Shown here: in pieces, positions 52,968-62,988 of the stretch | How the letters are laid out: each line of letters opens with the position of its first letter | Position numbering within the stretch: position 1 is the first letter of the stretch | The notes under the pieces: generated by a model | The model's database searches: none | Seen by the model: only the letters and a program-made list of their open reading frames with translations | Told to the model about the DNA's origin: nothing | Translations under genes and position numbers: made by a program | Source of the DNA: a virus | Virus record (IMG/VR): IMGVR_UViG_3300009130_000005 | Span: 52,467-116,466 of that record | Strand: one strand, 5' to 3' | DNA: 64,000 nucleotides

Positions 52968-53715
52968 AAAACAAGGGTTCCTGTACGCCGCAATGGGAAA
53001 AAAATGTCTTAGTGAGTTTTTACTTTCACTTAAAACCCTAAAAGAACAAATGCCTGATTCCAGCGTTTCGCTCGTTACGGATGTAGATATCGATCTAGAA
53101 GGGGTTCACGTAATTAAGTTAGAGCCTCCAAAGTTTGGAAGCGGAAGTATGAGGGGTTTTATTTATAAAACTCTAGCTGTTAAATTAAGCCCATATAAGA
53201 AAACTGTTTTTTTAGACTGCGACACTTACATTTTAAAGCCATTATTTTTTATGTTTGATTTGGTTGAAAGTTTTGATATCTGTGCTGCATTAAGCCCTTA
53301 TGACAGTGTTTGGCCAAAGCTTGGGAATAAAAAGCTTTTTGGCTTCACTCCTGTGAATTCTGGCGTATTATGTTTTTCTGATCAACCCAAGTCGAGTGAG
53401 ATTATAAATAAATGGTCAGAAGTTTTAATTTCAAAAGTTAAGTCTTCATCGGTAAGAAAAGGGGAAGGAGACCAGACTTCATTGAACGAGGCAATTCTTT
53501 TAAATAAAGGAGGTTTGTGCGTATTGCCGAATAATTTTAATTTAAGGATCTTCAACGGAAAAAACCGTAAGCTTGCTCCTGCCGTAGTAGAGGGAGAGGT
53601 ATATATAGTTCATACTCACAAAAAAATTGAATGTCACCTGTCAGACATAAACAGTACTAAAAAAATAAGGGCAATTTATATTAAGCAGGGTAGACCTGTG
53701 ATGATAGTGTATTAA
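52948..53715 (+). CDS. GT-A glycosyltransferase (GT8-like)
   Basis: SPYKKTVFLDCD, NSGV and GDQ motifs. Confidence 0.75.
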   Translation: MNNSQNKKQGFLYAAMGKKCLSEFLLSLKTLKEQMPDSSVSLVTDVDIDLEGVHVIKLEPPKFGSGSMRGFIYKTLAVKLSPYKKTVFLDCDTYILKPLFFMFDLVESFDICAALSPYDSVWPKLGNKKLFGFTPVNSGVLCFSDQPKSSEIINKWSEVLISKVKSSSVRKGEGDQTSLNEAILLNKGGLCVLPNNFNLRIFNGKNRKLAPAVVEGEVYIVHTHKKIECHLSDINSTKKIRAIYIKQGRPVMIVY

Positions 53716-53722
53716 TTATATA

Positions 53723-54352
53723 ATGAAATCAAAAGCTCCATGTATTTACGTATGCAACCCAAAGAAATATATCTATATTAAAAATCCAAAAGCTGCGTGC
53801 TCTTCGGTTTTGCAGGTTATATATGATTGGGGTTATGGTCCAGTAAGACGCCATCCTCTTCATCGCAAGGGTAATGGTGAGATATATAGGAGAATTAAAG
53901 AAGATTTTAAGCCCGATTACTTTAAGTTTTCTTTTGTGAGAAATCCGTGGAGCAGGTTTGTTTCTCTTTTTCAGGACAAGACCAAGAATACCATCGGAAC
54001 AAAATGGGCGATGAAAAGATGGAAAGGATACAAAAATCATACTTTTGAGGAGTTTGCAAAAGCAATGCTTGAAAGAGGTGTAAATAATATAGATAGACAT
54101 TCTCGCCTACAATACTTAAATTTAAATAGAGGAGAGTACATAGATTTTTATGGCAAAGTTGAGAACTTTGAGGAGGATATGAATTATGTTGCCAGTAAAA
54201 TAGGTCTAGAGATCCAAAATATTCCCTGGAAAAATAAGGCTGTCAAGAAAGACTATAGAGAATACTATAACAATGAAACAATAAAGATTGTTGAAGAAAT
54301 ATATCAAAAAGACATAGAAGCCTTCGGATATACTTTTGATGGTCAAAAATGA
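53723..54352 (+). CDS. Sulfotransferase family 2
   Basis: NPKAACSS, FVRNPWSRFVS and FYGKVEN motifs. Confidence 0.9.
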   Translation: MKSKAPCIYVCNPKKYIYIKNPKAACSSVLQVIYDWGYGPVRRHPLHRKGNGEIYRRIKEDFKPDYFKFSFVRNPWSRFVSLFQDKTKNTIGTKWAMKRWKGYKNHTFEEFAKAMLERGVNNIDRHSRLQYLNLNRGEYIDFYGKVENFEEDMNYVASKIGLEIQNIPWKNKAVKKDYREYYNNETIKIVEEIYQKDIEAFGYTFDGQK

Positions 54353-54386
54353 TTTGAAAAGGGGTTTTTAAATATTATCATTAGGT

Positions 54387-55079
54387 ATGGAAGATTCTGA
54401 GAGGCAGCATGTATGTATAGTTGGTAATTCGGCGTCAATTAGAGGTAGGGGCCTTGGCGCAAAGATCGACGAGTTCGAGAATGTATGCAGGATTAACGAT
54501 TGGGTTGTCAATGGATACCAGAAAGACGTTGGCACAAAAATTACTCATTGGGTTTCGGGAGTAGGCAAACAAATACCCTCTTGGAGTAAAGGCAGATCGT
54601 TAAAGGGCAAATATACCATTATTCTTTGGCCTCACCAAATGTTTAGCAACTGGTCGTCTTATGCAGAGAAGCAACACAATACTGACGGATCTCTTTTCCA
54701 AGCAGGCCCATATATAAAGAAAGAAATACTAGGTAGACTAGGATACAAATTAAGTGAATACTCTATATGGAAAGATAATGATACATCTGATATATATGAT
54801 ACAAGAGAGAATATAACATTTGTTCCTCATTACATATGTAAGAAAATCGCGGAAAATACTGTTGCGTACCCGACAACGGGACTCGCAACAATTGCTTATT
54901 TTAAATTTGTATTGAAGTATAATGTCTATACTATTGGCTTTGACTTCTTTCTAGAAAATAAAGACCATTACTGGGATAACAACAATGGAAATCCCTTAAA
55001 GATAGAGTTTCATGATCTGGAGAAAGAAAAAGCTGTTTATGACCGAATGCTTGAAGAAGGCTTAATTAAAGAGCTTTGA
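54387..55079 (+). CDS. GT29 sialyltransferase-like protein
   Basis: Sialylmotif L (CIVGNS..G..ID...V.RIN...DVGTK), S (PTTG..GFD), III (HYW) and VS (HDLEKE). Confidence 0.8.
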   Translation: MEDSERQHVCIVGNSASIRGRGLGAKIDEFENVCRINDWVVNGYQKDVGTKITHWVSGVGKQIPSWSKGRSLKGKYTIILWPHQMFSNWSSYAEKQHNTDGSLFQAGPYIKKEILGRLGYKLSEYSIWKDNDTSDIYDTRENITFVPHYICKKIAENTVAYPTTGLATIAYFKFVLKYNVYTIGFDFFLENKDHYWDNNNGNPLKIEFHDLEKEKAVYDRMLEEGLIKEL

Positions 55080-55256
55080 TATGGCTTCTTTTAATTCTTT
55101 TGTTTCTTCTACGGTCAATTTAACACTTCCATTATAATCATCTGATATTGTGATATGATCACCTTTATCACTATTATGATGTGTTATTTTTGGACAGCAT
55201 CTTCCTCTTCCACATAATATAATTGTTTTTGAATTTTCGTTGTGTTCGATTTTCAT
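55062..55256 (-). CDS. Small hypothetical protein with CGRGRCCP motif
   Basis: ORF. Confidence 0.6.
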   Translation of the reverse strand: MKIEHNENSKTIILCGRGRCCPKITHHNSDKGDHITISDDYNGSVKLTVEETKELKEAISKLFN

Positions 55257-55289
55257 AATAAATAAAGATTTACAAGGAGTTGCAAGTTT

Positions 55290-55502
55290 TCACTTGCTGC
55301 TCCTTTTTTTCTTTTTGGCCTTGTATACTTTTATGTAGTCATAAGCTGCTTGATAAACTCTTTCTGACCTGCCTTTTTTTATCATATCGTAGGGTGTTTG
55401 GTTGTCAAGCTTAGTGTTCGGGGTACCCAGCCAAGTCACTGCCTCATATGGGGGCAGATTCTTTGACAGCATTTCCATAGTGTTGAAGTCTTTGCGGTTC
55501 AT
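55290..55502 (-). CDS. Stand-alone Xre/MbcA/ParS antitoxin C-terminal domain (DUF2384-like)
   Basis: A..WLGTPN..LDNQTPYDMI..G...V motif; TATACT -10 just upstream of the ATG at 55502. Confidence 0.7.
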   Translation of the reverse strand: MNRKDFNTMEMLSKNLPPYEAVTWLGTPNTKLDNQTPYDMIKKGRSERVYQAAYDYIKVYKAKKKKRSSK

Positions 55503-55563
55503 TATCTTATAGTATAATTCCTCACCCACTAGTCTACACTTTTTTTTATGTGTATATAGTGTT

Positions 55564-55998
55564 ATGGGACCAGTTTTAAATACAATAATAGGTGCAGGAA
55601 TAAAGTTGGGAGCTAACCTTATCAACTATTGGTTAGAGCAAAAACGTGCTGACCAAATGATCTTGGCAGCGAGAGACACTGAAATGCTTAAGGCATTAAT
55701 AGAAAACCAATCCAAGCAGGCATTGGACCCGTTCGTCAAAGTTACTAGGAGAATACTTTTTCTGACAATTACTTTTACAATGTGCTTTCTGATGATATAT
55801 TACGCAATGAACCCTAGTATCAGCTATGATTTAATCGTACCTAAGGGAGATGGGGCTAGAACAGGATTCTTCAGTTGGGTTTTTGGAGCAAAAGATTGGG
55901 AGATGGTGAAAATGACAGGGGGCCTAATGCTAGCATCTTTTATGGATTTATGTTTTATGATAATAGGTTTTTACGCTATCCCTAGCAGATCAAGATGA
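55564..55998 (+). CDS. Membrane protein, holin candidate
   Basis: Two or three hydrophobic segments and a basic tail; GTGTA 14 nt upstream. Confidence 0.5.
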   Translation: MGPVLNTIIGAGIKLGANLINYWLEQKRADQMILAARDTEMLKALIENQSKQALDPFVKVTRRILFLTITFTMCFLMIYYAMNPSISYDLIVPKGDGARTGFFSWVFGAKDWEMVKMTGGLMLASFMDLCFMIIGFYAIPSRSR

Positions 55999-56303
55999 AA
56001 AAGCTTTTAATATTATTATTATTGTTTACCTTTGGAGGTTGCATGTCAAGCTCTCTATTTAATAAAAAGAATACTTCTAATCCGATTGTTATTCAGAAAG
56101 AAGATATCGAATTTGAAGATATTGATCTAAATGAAGATGGCGATATATCTAGGCAAGAAGTTAAGGTTTTTAATAAATCAAACAAAACGCAATCCGCTGC
56201 ATACGAAACCTCTGCCCCAATCTGGGTTACAGTAGGTATCATATCTTTAACATTGGTTATGTGTCTCGTGTCAGCTTTAATAAAATGTAATAAAAGTGAG
56301 TAA
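55995..56303 (+). CDS. Lipoprotein with EF-hand loop and C-terminal TM helix
   Basis: FGGC lipobox; DLNEDGDISRQE; IWVTVGIISLTLVMCLVSALI. Confidence 0.6.
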   Translation: MKKLLILLLLFTFGGCMSSSLFNKKNTSNPIVIQKEDIEFEDIDLNEDGDISRQEVKVFNKSNKTQSAAYETSAPIWVTVGIISLTLVMCLVSALIKCNKSE

Positions 56304-56904
56304 GTTACTAGAGGGAATCATTGCAATAGAAGGCTTGGTCGTTGCCTTTCTTACTATAATCACTACTTTTGGAGGATTATGGCTTAAGAAAAGGTGGTTT
56401 GCTAAATCTGACCAACATAATCTTGAGAAAATCTCATCGAAAAATTCAGAGGTGATTAAACTGCTAAAAGGTCTACTTGGTGATTTTGAGGCAGATAGGG
56501 CTTACGTTTTTGAGTTTCATAACGGTGATTATTTTTTGTCTGGCATGCCTATGCAGAAATTCACCTGCACCTATGAGGTTGTTGCTGATGGCGTTAGTGC
56601 GGAATGTCATAATCCTGGAGAATATAGAATGTCAAATTATAATGACTACATTAGCGCAATAATTCACGATAGAGATTATTTTATTAAAAGCGTTTCTTCC
56701 ATGAATGAAGATGCTTTGTTGAAGTCTTTGCTTACAAAAAAAGGAGTTAAGAGTCTTTATAATATACCTATCAGAACTTTTTCTGGCAAAACTGTCGGAT
56801 TTATAGGTGTTGATTTTGTGAAAAACGAAAAAGTGTTAGACGATTGCCAGGTTAACCTCTTGAGGTCTTCCGCAAAACTGATTACAGGGTATATTGCTCA
56901 TTAG
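56296..56904 (+). CDS. N-terminal TM plus GAF-domain protein
   Basis: ADRAYVFEFHNG and GVKSLYNIPI..GKTVGFIGVDF motifs. Confidence 0.8.
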   Translation: MSKLLEGIIAIEGLVVAFLTIITTFGGLWLKKRWFAKSDQHNLEKISSKNSEVIKLLKGLLGDFEADRAYVFEFHNGDYFLSGMPMQKFTCTYEVVADGVSAECHNPGEYRMSNYNDYISAIIHDRDYFIKSVSSMNEDALLKSLLTKKGVKSLYNIPIRTFSGKTVGFIGVDFVKNEKVLDDCQVNLLRSSAKLITGYIAH

Positions 56905-56935
56905 AAACTTTAGTTATTTGTTTTATAATAATATT

Positions 56936-57301
56936 ATGGCGTTTACTTACTGTTCTTCATGTGGCACAAAAATCGAATTCTCTTCACAAAAGCCTAACTT
57001 TTGCTCAAGCTGTGGCGAGCCATTAAGTGGTTCCGTTGCAAACGGTAGCTCTAAAACGCCCTCAAAACAACAACCTGAGCCAAGCCATGAGGCGAACTAC
57101 AAAAACATGACAGGCCTTGATTATGAGTTCATAAGAGGCAATTCTCACGAAATTACAATCGGCAACACTGTTGGCGGGCCTACCATGGGGAGCCTTTCCC
57201 GCAGAAAATACCAAAGCAAAACAGGAGACGTCATTAAGGATATCGCCAAGGACTGCGGCTCAAGCAAAACCAAGGATATCGACGACGTTGAAAAAGGCTA
57301 A
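56936..57301 (+). CDS. Zinc-ribbon protein
   Basis: YCSSCG...PNFCSSCG. Confidence 0.75.
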   Translation: MAFTYCSSCGTKIEFSSQKPNFCSSCGEPLSGSVANGSSKTPSKQQPEPSHEANYKNMTGLDYEFIRGNSHEITIGNTVGGPTMGSLSRRKYQSKTGDVIKDIAKDCGSSKTKDIDDVEKG

Positions 57302-58001
57302 ATATGAAGATCATCACGATTTAGTAATCGAAGAGATCAATAAAAGGCGGGGAAAATGGTTCTTGACCTCCGTCACCTGGATGGATTTTGATGATGTAAA
57401 GCAGATGATATCCGCCCACATACATGCTAAATGGAGTCAGTATGATCCTGAAAAGCCATTAAAGCCTTGGGTTAATAAAATTATTACCAATCAAATGAAA
57501 AATATATTGCGTAATAATTACTCTAATTTCGTCAGACCCTGCTTAAGTTGCCCTTTTAACTTAAACATGGACGCTGCAGATGGAAAAGGAGATTGCTCTT
57601 TTACAAAAAATGGAGAACAGGATGCTTCTTGCCCCTTGTTTGCAAAATGGGAAAGAACTAAAAAGTCTGCTTACGATATCAAGATGGCGGTTTCAATAGA
57701 TGGTACATCTCACGAAGCTCATTCTATAACAAAAAAAGAGTATGACATAATTTCTGCCGAAGAACGTTTGCATGCCGAAATGAAATTGCAATTGGGAGAG
57801 AGGCAATATAAGGTTTATGACCTTCTGTATGTGCAGCATAAAGATGAAGCTGAGGTCGCCAAAGAAATGGGTTACAAAACCTCTGAGTCTGGCAGAAAAG
57901 CTGGATATAAGCAAATTAAAAATCTAAAAAAACAATTTAAAGAAAAAGCCAAGAAAATTATGGCAACAAAAGATATATTTATAGATGAAACAAGGTATTG
58001 A
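57288..58001 (+). CDS. Phage sigma70-family (late) sigma factor with a Cys-rich insert
   Basis: Region 2 DFDDVKQ..YDPEKPLKPWVNKII.NQ..N; region 4 LGERQYKVY....EVAKEMG; start codon uncertain. Confidence 0.75.
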   Translation: MKKAKYEDHHDLVIEEINKRRGKWFLTSVTWMDFDDVKQMISAHIHAKWSQYDPEKPLKPWVNKIITNQMKNILRNNYSNFVRPCLSCPFNLNMDAADGKGDCSFTKNGEQDASCPLFAKWERTKKSAYDIKMAVSIDGTSHEAHSITKKEYDIISAEERLHAEMKLQLGERQYKVYDLLYVQHKDEAEVAKEMGYKTSESGRKAGYKQIKNLKKQFKEKAKKIMATKDIFIDETRY

Positions 58002-59046
58002 GTTGAGTGAGGATCAAAAAAGTTTCATTGACCAAAATTATGAAACTATAACCGACCTAATAGAGATGACCCGTGCTGTATTTATGGATGAGTCTCTAGA
58101 CGGAAGAACAAAAGAGGGTAGGGCCGTTAGGGCTTATTTAGTGGAAAAAGGGGTGAAGTTTAGCACCACAAAAGCAAAACCTGCAAAAGAAGTTGCGCTG
58201 AATAACGAACAAAAGGAATTTATCAAGCAATACTCTGCAGACGGAATGAACGCTTTTCAGATTGCAAAAATTATTTTTACCAAAGAAGGTATTACTCCTT
58301 TAAGTAAGGAAACTATGGTTGTTACTGAATATATAAGAGATGAAATGCCAGAAAGCCTTTCTGTTGAAGATTCCGCTAGGGGGCTGGAGTATTGTCCTCC
58401 TGCGTCCAAACTAGCAACCATGAAGAAAATTAACGAAGCTGCTAGGGTTAACTTAACTGAATCTAAACTTACTCGAACGGAGGAGATGTGCATTGAGTCT
58501 ACTATGAATATTTTAAATTCGCCTAGATTTATGCATCAAATGAATAGTTATACAGATATGAATGATAGAAAGCTATTTGAGGCAGAAATGGTGCGCTCCA
58601 CTTGGGATAAGTATGACTTAACTACAGACGAAATAAACCTATACGTTAATGTATGCATGGATTACATAAATTTAAAGCAGATAGAAAAACAAAAATTAAA
58701 ATTAAATGAAATGTTTGATGATGCTGAGGAAGGTAATGATTTTACCATAAGGCTCACTGAAATTTTAAAAACAAAAAGTGAAGAATACAATCAATGTGTG
58801 GGTAGAATAGATAGGGTTATCACAAAGCTTCAAGGCGACAGGTCAAAAAGGCTGAACTCAAAACAAAGTCAAACTGCAAGCGTCCTGTCTCTTGTTAACC
58901 TTTTTCAAGAAGAGGAGGAGAGGGCTATCATGGTTAAAATGGCAGAAATGCAGAATTCTCTAATTGAGGAAGAGGCCGATAGAATGGAAAGCATGCCATC
59001 GTGGAAGGCAAGGATACTTGGAATATCTAGAGATGAAGCGATATGA
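57985..59046 (+). CDS. Conserved hypothetical protein in the packaging module
   Basis: Long ORF with coiled-coil C-terminus, upstream of terL. Confidence 0.6.
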   Translation: MKQGIELSEDQKSFIDQNYETITDLIEMTRAVFMDESLDGRTKEGRAVRAYLVEKGVKFSTTKAKPAKEVALNNEQKEFIKQYSADGMNAFQIAKIIFTKEGITPLSKETMVVTEYIRDEMPESLSVEDSARGLEYCPPASKLATMKKINEAARVNLTESKLTRTEEMCIESTMNILNSPRFMHQMNSYTDMNDRKLFEAEMVRSTWDKYDLTTDEINLYVNVCMDYINLKQIEKQKLKLNEMFDDAEEGNDFTIRLTEILKTKSEEYNQCVGRIDRVITKLQGDRSKRLNSKQSQTASVLSLVNLFQEEEERAIMVKMAEMQNSLIEEEADRMESMPSWKARILGISRDEAI

Positions 59047-59395
59047 GAACCCTATACCTTTTGTTTACCACATAAAAGAGGTATGCAAAATAATTGATGG
59101 CGATACTGTGGATTTGCTTCTAGACCTTGGTTTTGGAATATTCACCAAAAAGAGGGTTAGATTATGGGGTATAGATACTCCCGAAATAAGAACAAGAGAT
59201 TTAGAGGAAAAACGTAGGGGTTACGCTGCAAAAGAAAGGTTAAATCAACTTATGGCCGAAGCAAGCGAGGGGTCTCTTATGCTCCATTCAAATGGAATAG
59301 GTAAATATGGAAGAGTTTTAGGTACAATATATAATAAGAAATTAAACCTAAATATGAAAATGGTTTCAGAAGGACACGCAAAAAATTATGAATGA
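59033..59395 (+). CDS. Thermonuclease (SNase) family protein
   Basis: IIDGDTVD, RVRLWGIDTPE and GKYGRVLG motifs. Confidence 0.92.
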   Translation: MKRYENPIPFVYHIKEVCKIIDGDTVDLLLDLGFGIFTKKRVRLWGIDTPEIRTRDLEEKRRGYAAKERLNQLMAEASEGSLMLHSNGIGKYGRVLGTIYNKKLNLNMKMVSEGHAKNYE

Positions 59396-60338
59396 GCCAA
59401 CATTTAAGTGCAAAGAATGCGGGGAAACTTTTAAAAGCGAAAGGTCTCTCCATGCCCATCTGAAAAAGCACAACTTAACTGTTGCGGAATATTATACAAA
59501 ATTTTACCCAAGAATAAATATTCTTACTGGAAAACCTTTGCCTTTCAAAAATAAAGCAGACTACTTTAGTAAGGATTTTACATCGAGATCTCAAATGATT
59601 AAGTGGCTAAAGAAGGAGGGTAGTTCTAAAACAGTAAAGGAATACATTGTCAAAAAACTAAAAGAAAGAATAGAACTAAAGAGCATGAAGAAGGCTCCTT
59701 GCAGTATAGATCTTGATTTATCCGAAATGCCCCCTCTTGATTTCTACAGGAGTACGTTTGGTAGTTACGGAAAGGTGTGCTCTGCTTTAGGTCTTCCCCC
59801 AACTTATCCCGATCCTATTGTTGCTAATTTTTTTGATGAAAATTCTTCGTATAAAGATATGAAAATATTTATAGATACAAGAGAGCAGAAGCCGTTGAAG
59901 TTTCCGAGTTCTGAGTCTCTGAAGTTGGATTTTGGAGATTACACTACAGGCGGAGATGATTATTCCTATACATATGTAGATAGAAAGAGTGAGTCCGATT
60001 TTAAGTCAACGCTTTCTGTGGGGTATGATAGGTTTAAGAAAGAGTTAGAGAGAGCAAGAGAGTTTAATAGTTTTTTGTATGTTCTTGTTGAAAGCGATGT
60101 TGAAAAAATAAAAAAGAATAACTTGTTCGCTCCGCACAAAGTAAATCTTCCGTATATATTTCATAACACCAAGTCTTTAGTTAGAGAGTATTCCGATGTA
60201 TGCCAATTTTTATTTTCTGGAGGAAGAAAGGCTTCAGAGTATTTGATTCCTAGGCTGCTTAAATTTGGCAAGAGGCTATGGACCTGTGATCTTCAATATT
60301 ATATTGACAAGAGAATAGAGGAGAAAAGCAGGTCATGA
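59388..60338 (+). CDS. C2H2 zinc-finger plus ERCC4-type nuclease
   Basis: CKECG..F...SL.AHLKKH; IDTREQ, GDY and VDRKS motifs. Confidence 0.82.
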   Translation: MNEPTFKCKECGETFKSERSLHAHLKKHNLTVAEYYTKFYPRINILTGKPLPFKNKADYFSKDFTSRSQMIKWLKKEGSSKTVKEYIVKKLKERIELKSMKKAPCSIDLDLSEMPPLDFYRSTFGSYGKVCSALGLPPTYPDPIVANFFDENSSYKDMKIFIDTREQKPLKFPSSESLKLDFGDYTTGGDDYSYTYVDRKSESDFKSTLSVGYDRFKKELERAREFNSFLYVLVESDVEKIKKNNLFAPHKVNLPYIFHNTKSLVREYSDVCQFLFSGGRKASEYLIPRLLKFGKRLWTCDLQYYIDKRIEEKSRS

Positions 60339-62200
60339 GCTGGGAAGTTGGTAATCAAATTCCAAGAAAATCTTTCAAGGATATAAATCAAGAGATTCTT
60401 GGCACGAAGGGTTATATTGATGAAAAAGAGGCTAAAATTTTACTGTACAAGTTTCTACGTAATAACATTACTTTCGCAACAGATTTACTTGCAGGCATAA
60501 AACTTTTTCCGTTTCAGCACATGGCTGTTAAGTCAATGTTTCAAACAGATTATTTTTTAGGCGTTTGGAGTAGAGGTATGTCAAAGTCTTGGACGACAGG
60601 AGTATTTGCCTTTATGGACGCAATACTTAACCAAGGCGTACAAATAGGAATTTTGTCTAAATCTTTTAGGCAGGCAAAAATGATTTTTAAAAAAATAGAA
60701 GATATTGCAAACAAGCCTGAAGCGGCGCTTCTTTCCCAATGCATTACTAAAACATCAAAAACAAATGATCAATGGACTCTGCAAATTGGAGATAGTCAAA
60801 TTCACGCCCTACCTCTAGGTGACGGTGAAAAGCTTAGAGGATTTAGGTTTCACAGGATAATTATTGATGAGTTTTTGCTTATGCCTGAGAGGATTTATAA
60901 TGAGGTTATAATACCATTCCTTTCTGTGGTAGAGAACCCTACCCAGAGAGAAGATCTTTATAATTTAGAAACTAAATTGATTGAAAAAGGAGAAATGCGT
61001 GAAGAAGATAGGTACGTGTGGCCAAACAATAAATTAATTATGCTTTCATCTGCCTCTTATAAATTTGAATATATGTACAAAGTCTATGAGCAGTTTGATA
61101 ATTTAATCATGCAAGGAAATAAATCTCCTACTGAGGCAAATAGAGTTGTTATGCATTTTAGTTATGACTGCGCCCCTCAGCAGCTTTACGATCAAAACCT
61201 CATCGATCAAGCTAAAGCTTCAATGAGTCAATCTCAGTTCGATAGGGAATTCGGTGCAGTATTTACGGACGATAGTTCTGGATACTTTAAGACCTCAAAA
61301 ATGGCTGAATGCACCGTGCAAGAAGGTCAGGCTCCAAGCGTAGAAATATCTGGAGACCCTAACTCGAAATACTTGCTGGCTTTCGACCCTAGCTGGGCAG
61401 AAAGTGAAAGTAGTGATGATTTTGCCATACAAGTGTTTAAGCTTAATGATGAAACTAAGCAAGGCGTTTTAGTTCATAGTTATGCTTTGGCAGGAACGCC
61501 AATGAGAAAACATATAACTTATATGCATTATATCCTTACTCATTTTAATATAGTTGCTATAGTTGGAGATTATAATGGTGGAGTTCAATTTCTGAGCGCA
61601 GCGAATGAGAGCGCCTTGTTTAAAAAAAGCAAAATTAAAATAGATACTATTGATTCAAATTTTGACGATATAGAAAATTACCACAAAGCATTGATTGATG
61701 CAAAAAGCCAATACAATCTGGACTCAAAAAGAATATGCGTTTTAAGGAAACCTACTAGCGCATGGATCAGGAGGGCAAACGAACTCCTGCAATCTAATTT
61801 TGACCACAAGAGGGTTTGGTTCGCCTCAAAGGCTATAGATGAATTTTATTCAGCTCAAATTAAAAAGAGTGTACCAATTAAAGATTTAAAGTTTTCGAAT
61901 ATTATTGACAAAGAAAAACAAGGAAACAAGGCAAAGATTATCGACTTTGTTGAACATCAAGAGGATATGATTCAATTAACTAAAACAGAGTGTTCGTTAA
62001 TTCAAATTACCACCTCGCCTCAAGGAACGCAGACATTTGACTTGCCTCCAACATTAAAGAGGCAGACTGGACCAGAGAAGGCAAGGAAGGATAGTTATTC
62101 TGCTTTGGTTTTGGGCAATTGGATGGTTAAGACTTATTATGACATGATGGATGCAAAAAGAGATAATGTTGCCACCTTTACCCCAATGTTTATTCGTTAA
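60335..62200 (+). CDS. terL: Terminase large subunit
   Basis: LFPFQ, SRGMSKS Walker A, LRG.R...IIIDE, F.REF, AFDPS and KDSYSAL motifs. Confidence 0.88.
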   Translation: MSWEVGNQIPRKSFKDINQEILGTKGYIDEKEAKILLYKFLRNNITFATDLLAGIKLFPFQHMAVKSMFQTDYFLGVWSRGMSKSWTTGVFAFMDAILNQGVQIGILSKSFRQAKMIFKKIEDIANKPEAALLSQCITKTSKTNDQWTLQIGDSQIHALPLGDGEKLRGFRFHRIIIDEFLLMPERIYNEVIIPFLSVVENPTQREDLYNLETKLIEKGEMREEDRYVWPNNKLIMLSSASYKFEYMYKVYEQFDNLIMQGNKSPTEANRVVMHFSYDCAPQQLYDQNLIDQAKASMSQSQFDREFGAVFTDDSSGYFKTSKMAECTVQEGQAPSVEISGDPNSKYLLAFDPSWAESESSDDFAIQVFKLNDETKQGVLVHSYALAGTPMRKHITYMHYILTHFNIVAIVGDYNGGVQFLSAANESALFKKSKIKIDTIDSNFDDIENYHKALIDAKSQYNLDSKRICVLRKPTSAWIRRANELLQSNFDHKRVWFASKAIDEFYSAQIKKSVPIKDLKFSNIIDKEKQGNKAKIIDFVEHQEDMIQLTKTECSLIQITTSPQGTQTFDLPPTLKRQTGPEKARKDSYSALVLGNWMVKTYYDMMDAKRDNVATFTPMFIR

Positions 62201-62232
62201 TTGAAAAAAAACTTAAGTCCCATATTATCTTT

Positions 62233-62988
62233 ATGGGTTTATATTACGAGTGTGGGGCAGGGCTTGTACCTGCGTATTTTGCAAGAGCTGATTTTGGCAT
62301 GGATGCTTACATTTTTTCATCTGGACCATCTTTGTCTAAGCTCGACCTTTCCGTTTTTGAAAATAAGCCAATATATAAGGTTGGAATAAATACGACCTAT
62401 CCAAAAATAAAACCTGATATGTGGATTGGTATGGATTATCCAAAGTGTTTTAATTCAAATTTATGGAATGAGCCAATACCTAAAATTCTTCGACATTCAT
62501 ACAATCGGCATTCTGTTGGAGATAAGCCAGTCAGAGACTTTCCTATGGTTTATTTTGCTGACGTTGAAGAGGTGGAAAAAGCCTACGAACAGACATTCAT
62601 GAGGAGGTCTCACAAAACAAAATTTATATGGACAAATAACACATTTACTACAACCTTACATATATTGATATGGATGGGCTTTAAAAGGATTCATCTACTT
62701 GGTTCTGATTTTGGCTCAACAGGAGAGGATTATTTTGATGACTCAACTGACGCAAGACCATTTAACCATGACAAAACTTCCTCATCGGGATCCATATCAG
62801 AAAAACAGCAAAAGTTAAATAAGAGACTTTACCTTCAACAAATAAAATATTTAAAAAACTTTAACGCAGAATGCGAGAAGAGGAATATAGAGCTTATATC
62901 TTGCTCTTATCATTCTCCAGTAAATGTTTTCCTTAAGTATTTAGACCCAAAGGTTGCAGTAGGGCAGTCAGAAGAAAGAGCAAAGTAA
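62233..62988 (+). CDS. DUF115/Maf (MptE-like) glycosyltransferase-fold protein
   Basis: IFSSGPSL, VGIN and MGFKRIHLLGSD motifs. Confidence 0.7.
   Translation: MGLYYECGAGLVPAYFARADFGMDAYIFSSGPSLSKLDLSVFENKPIYKVGINTTYPKIKPDMWIGMDYPKCFNSNLWNEPIPKILRHSYNRHSVGDKPVRDFPMVYFADVEEVEKAYEQTFMRRSHKTKFIWTNNTFTTTLHILIWMGFKRIHLLGSDFGSTGEDYFDDSTDARPFNHDKTSSSGSISEKQQKLNKRLYLQQIKYLKNFNAECEKRNIELISCSYHSPVNVFLKYLDPKVAVGQSEERAK

Noticed and set aside
47548-55079. Bacterial chromosomal LPS/capsule locus (prophage boundary)
   Set aside because: No flippase, polymerase or housekeeping genes; the operon is contiguous with phage late genes and has a GTGTA motif at 53707.
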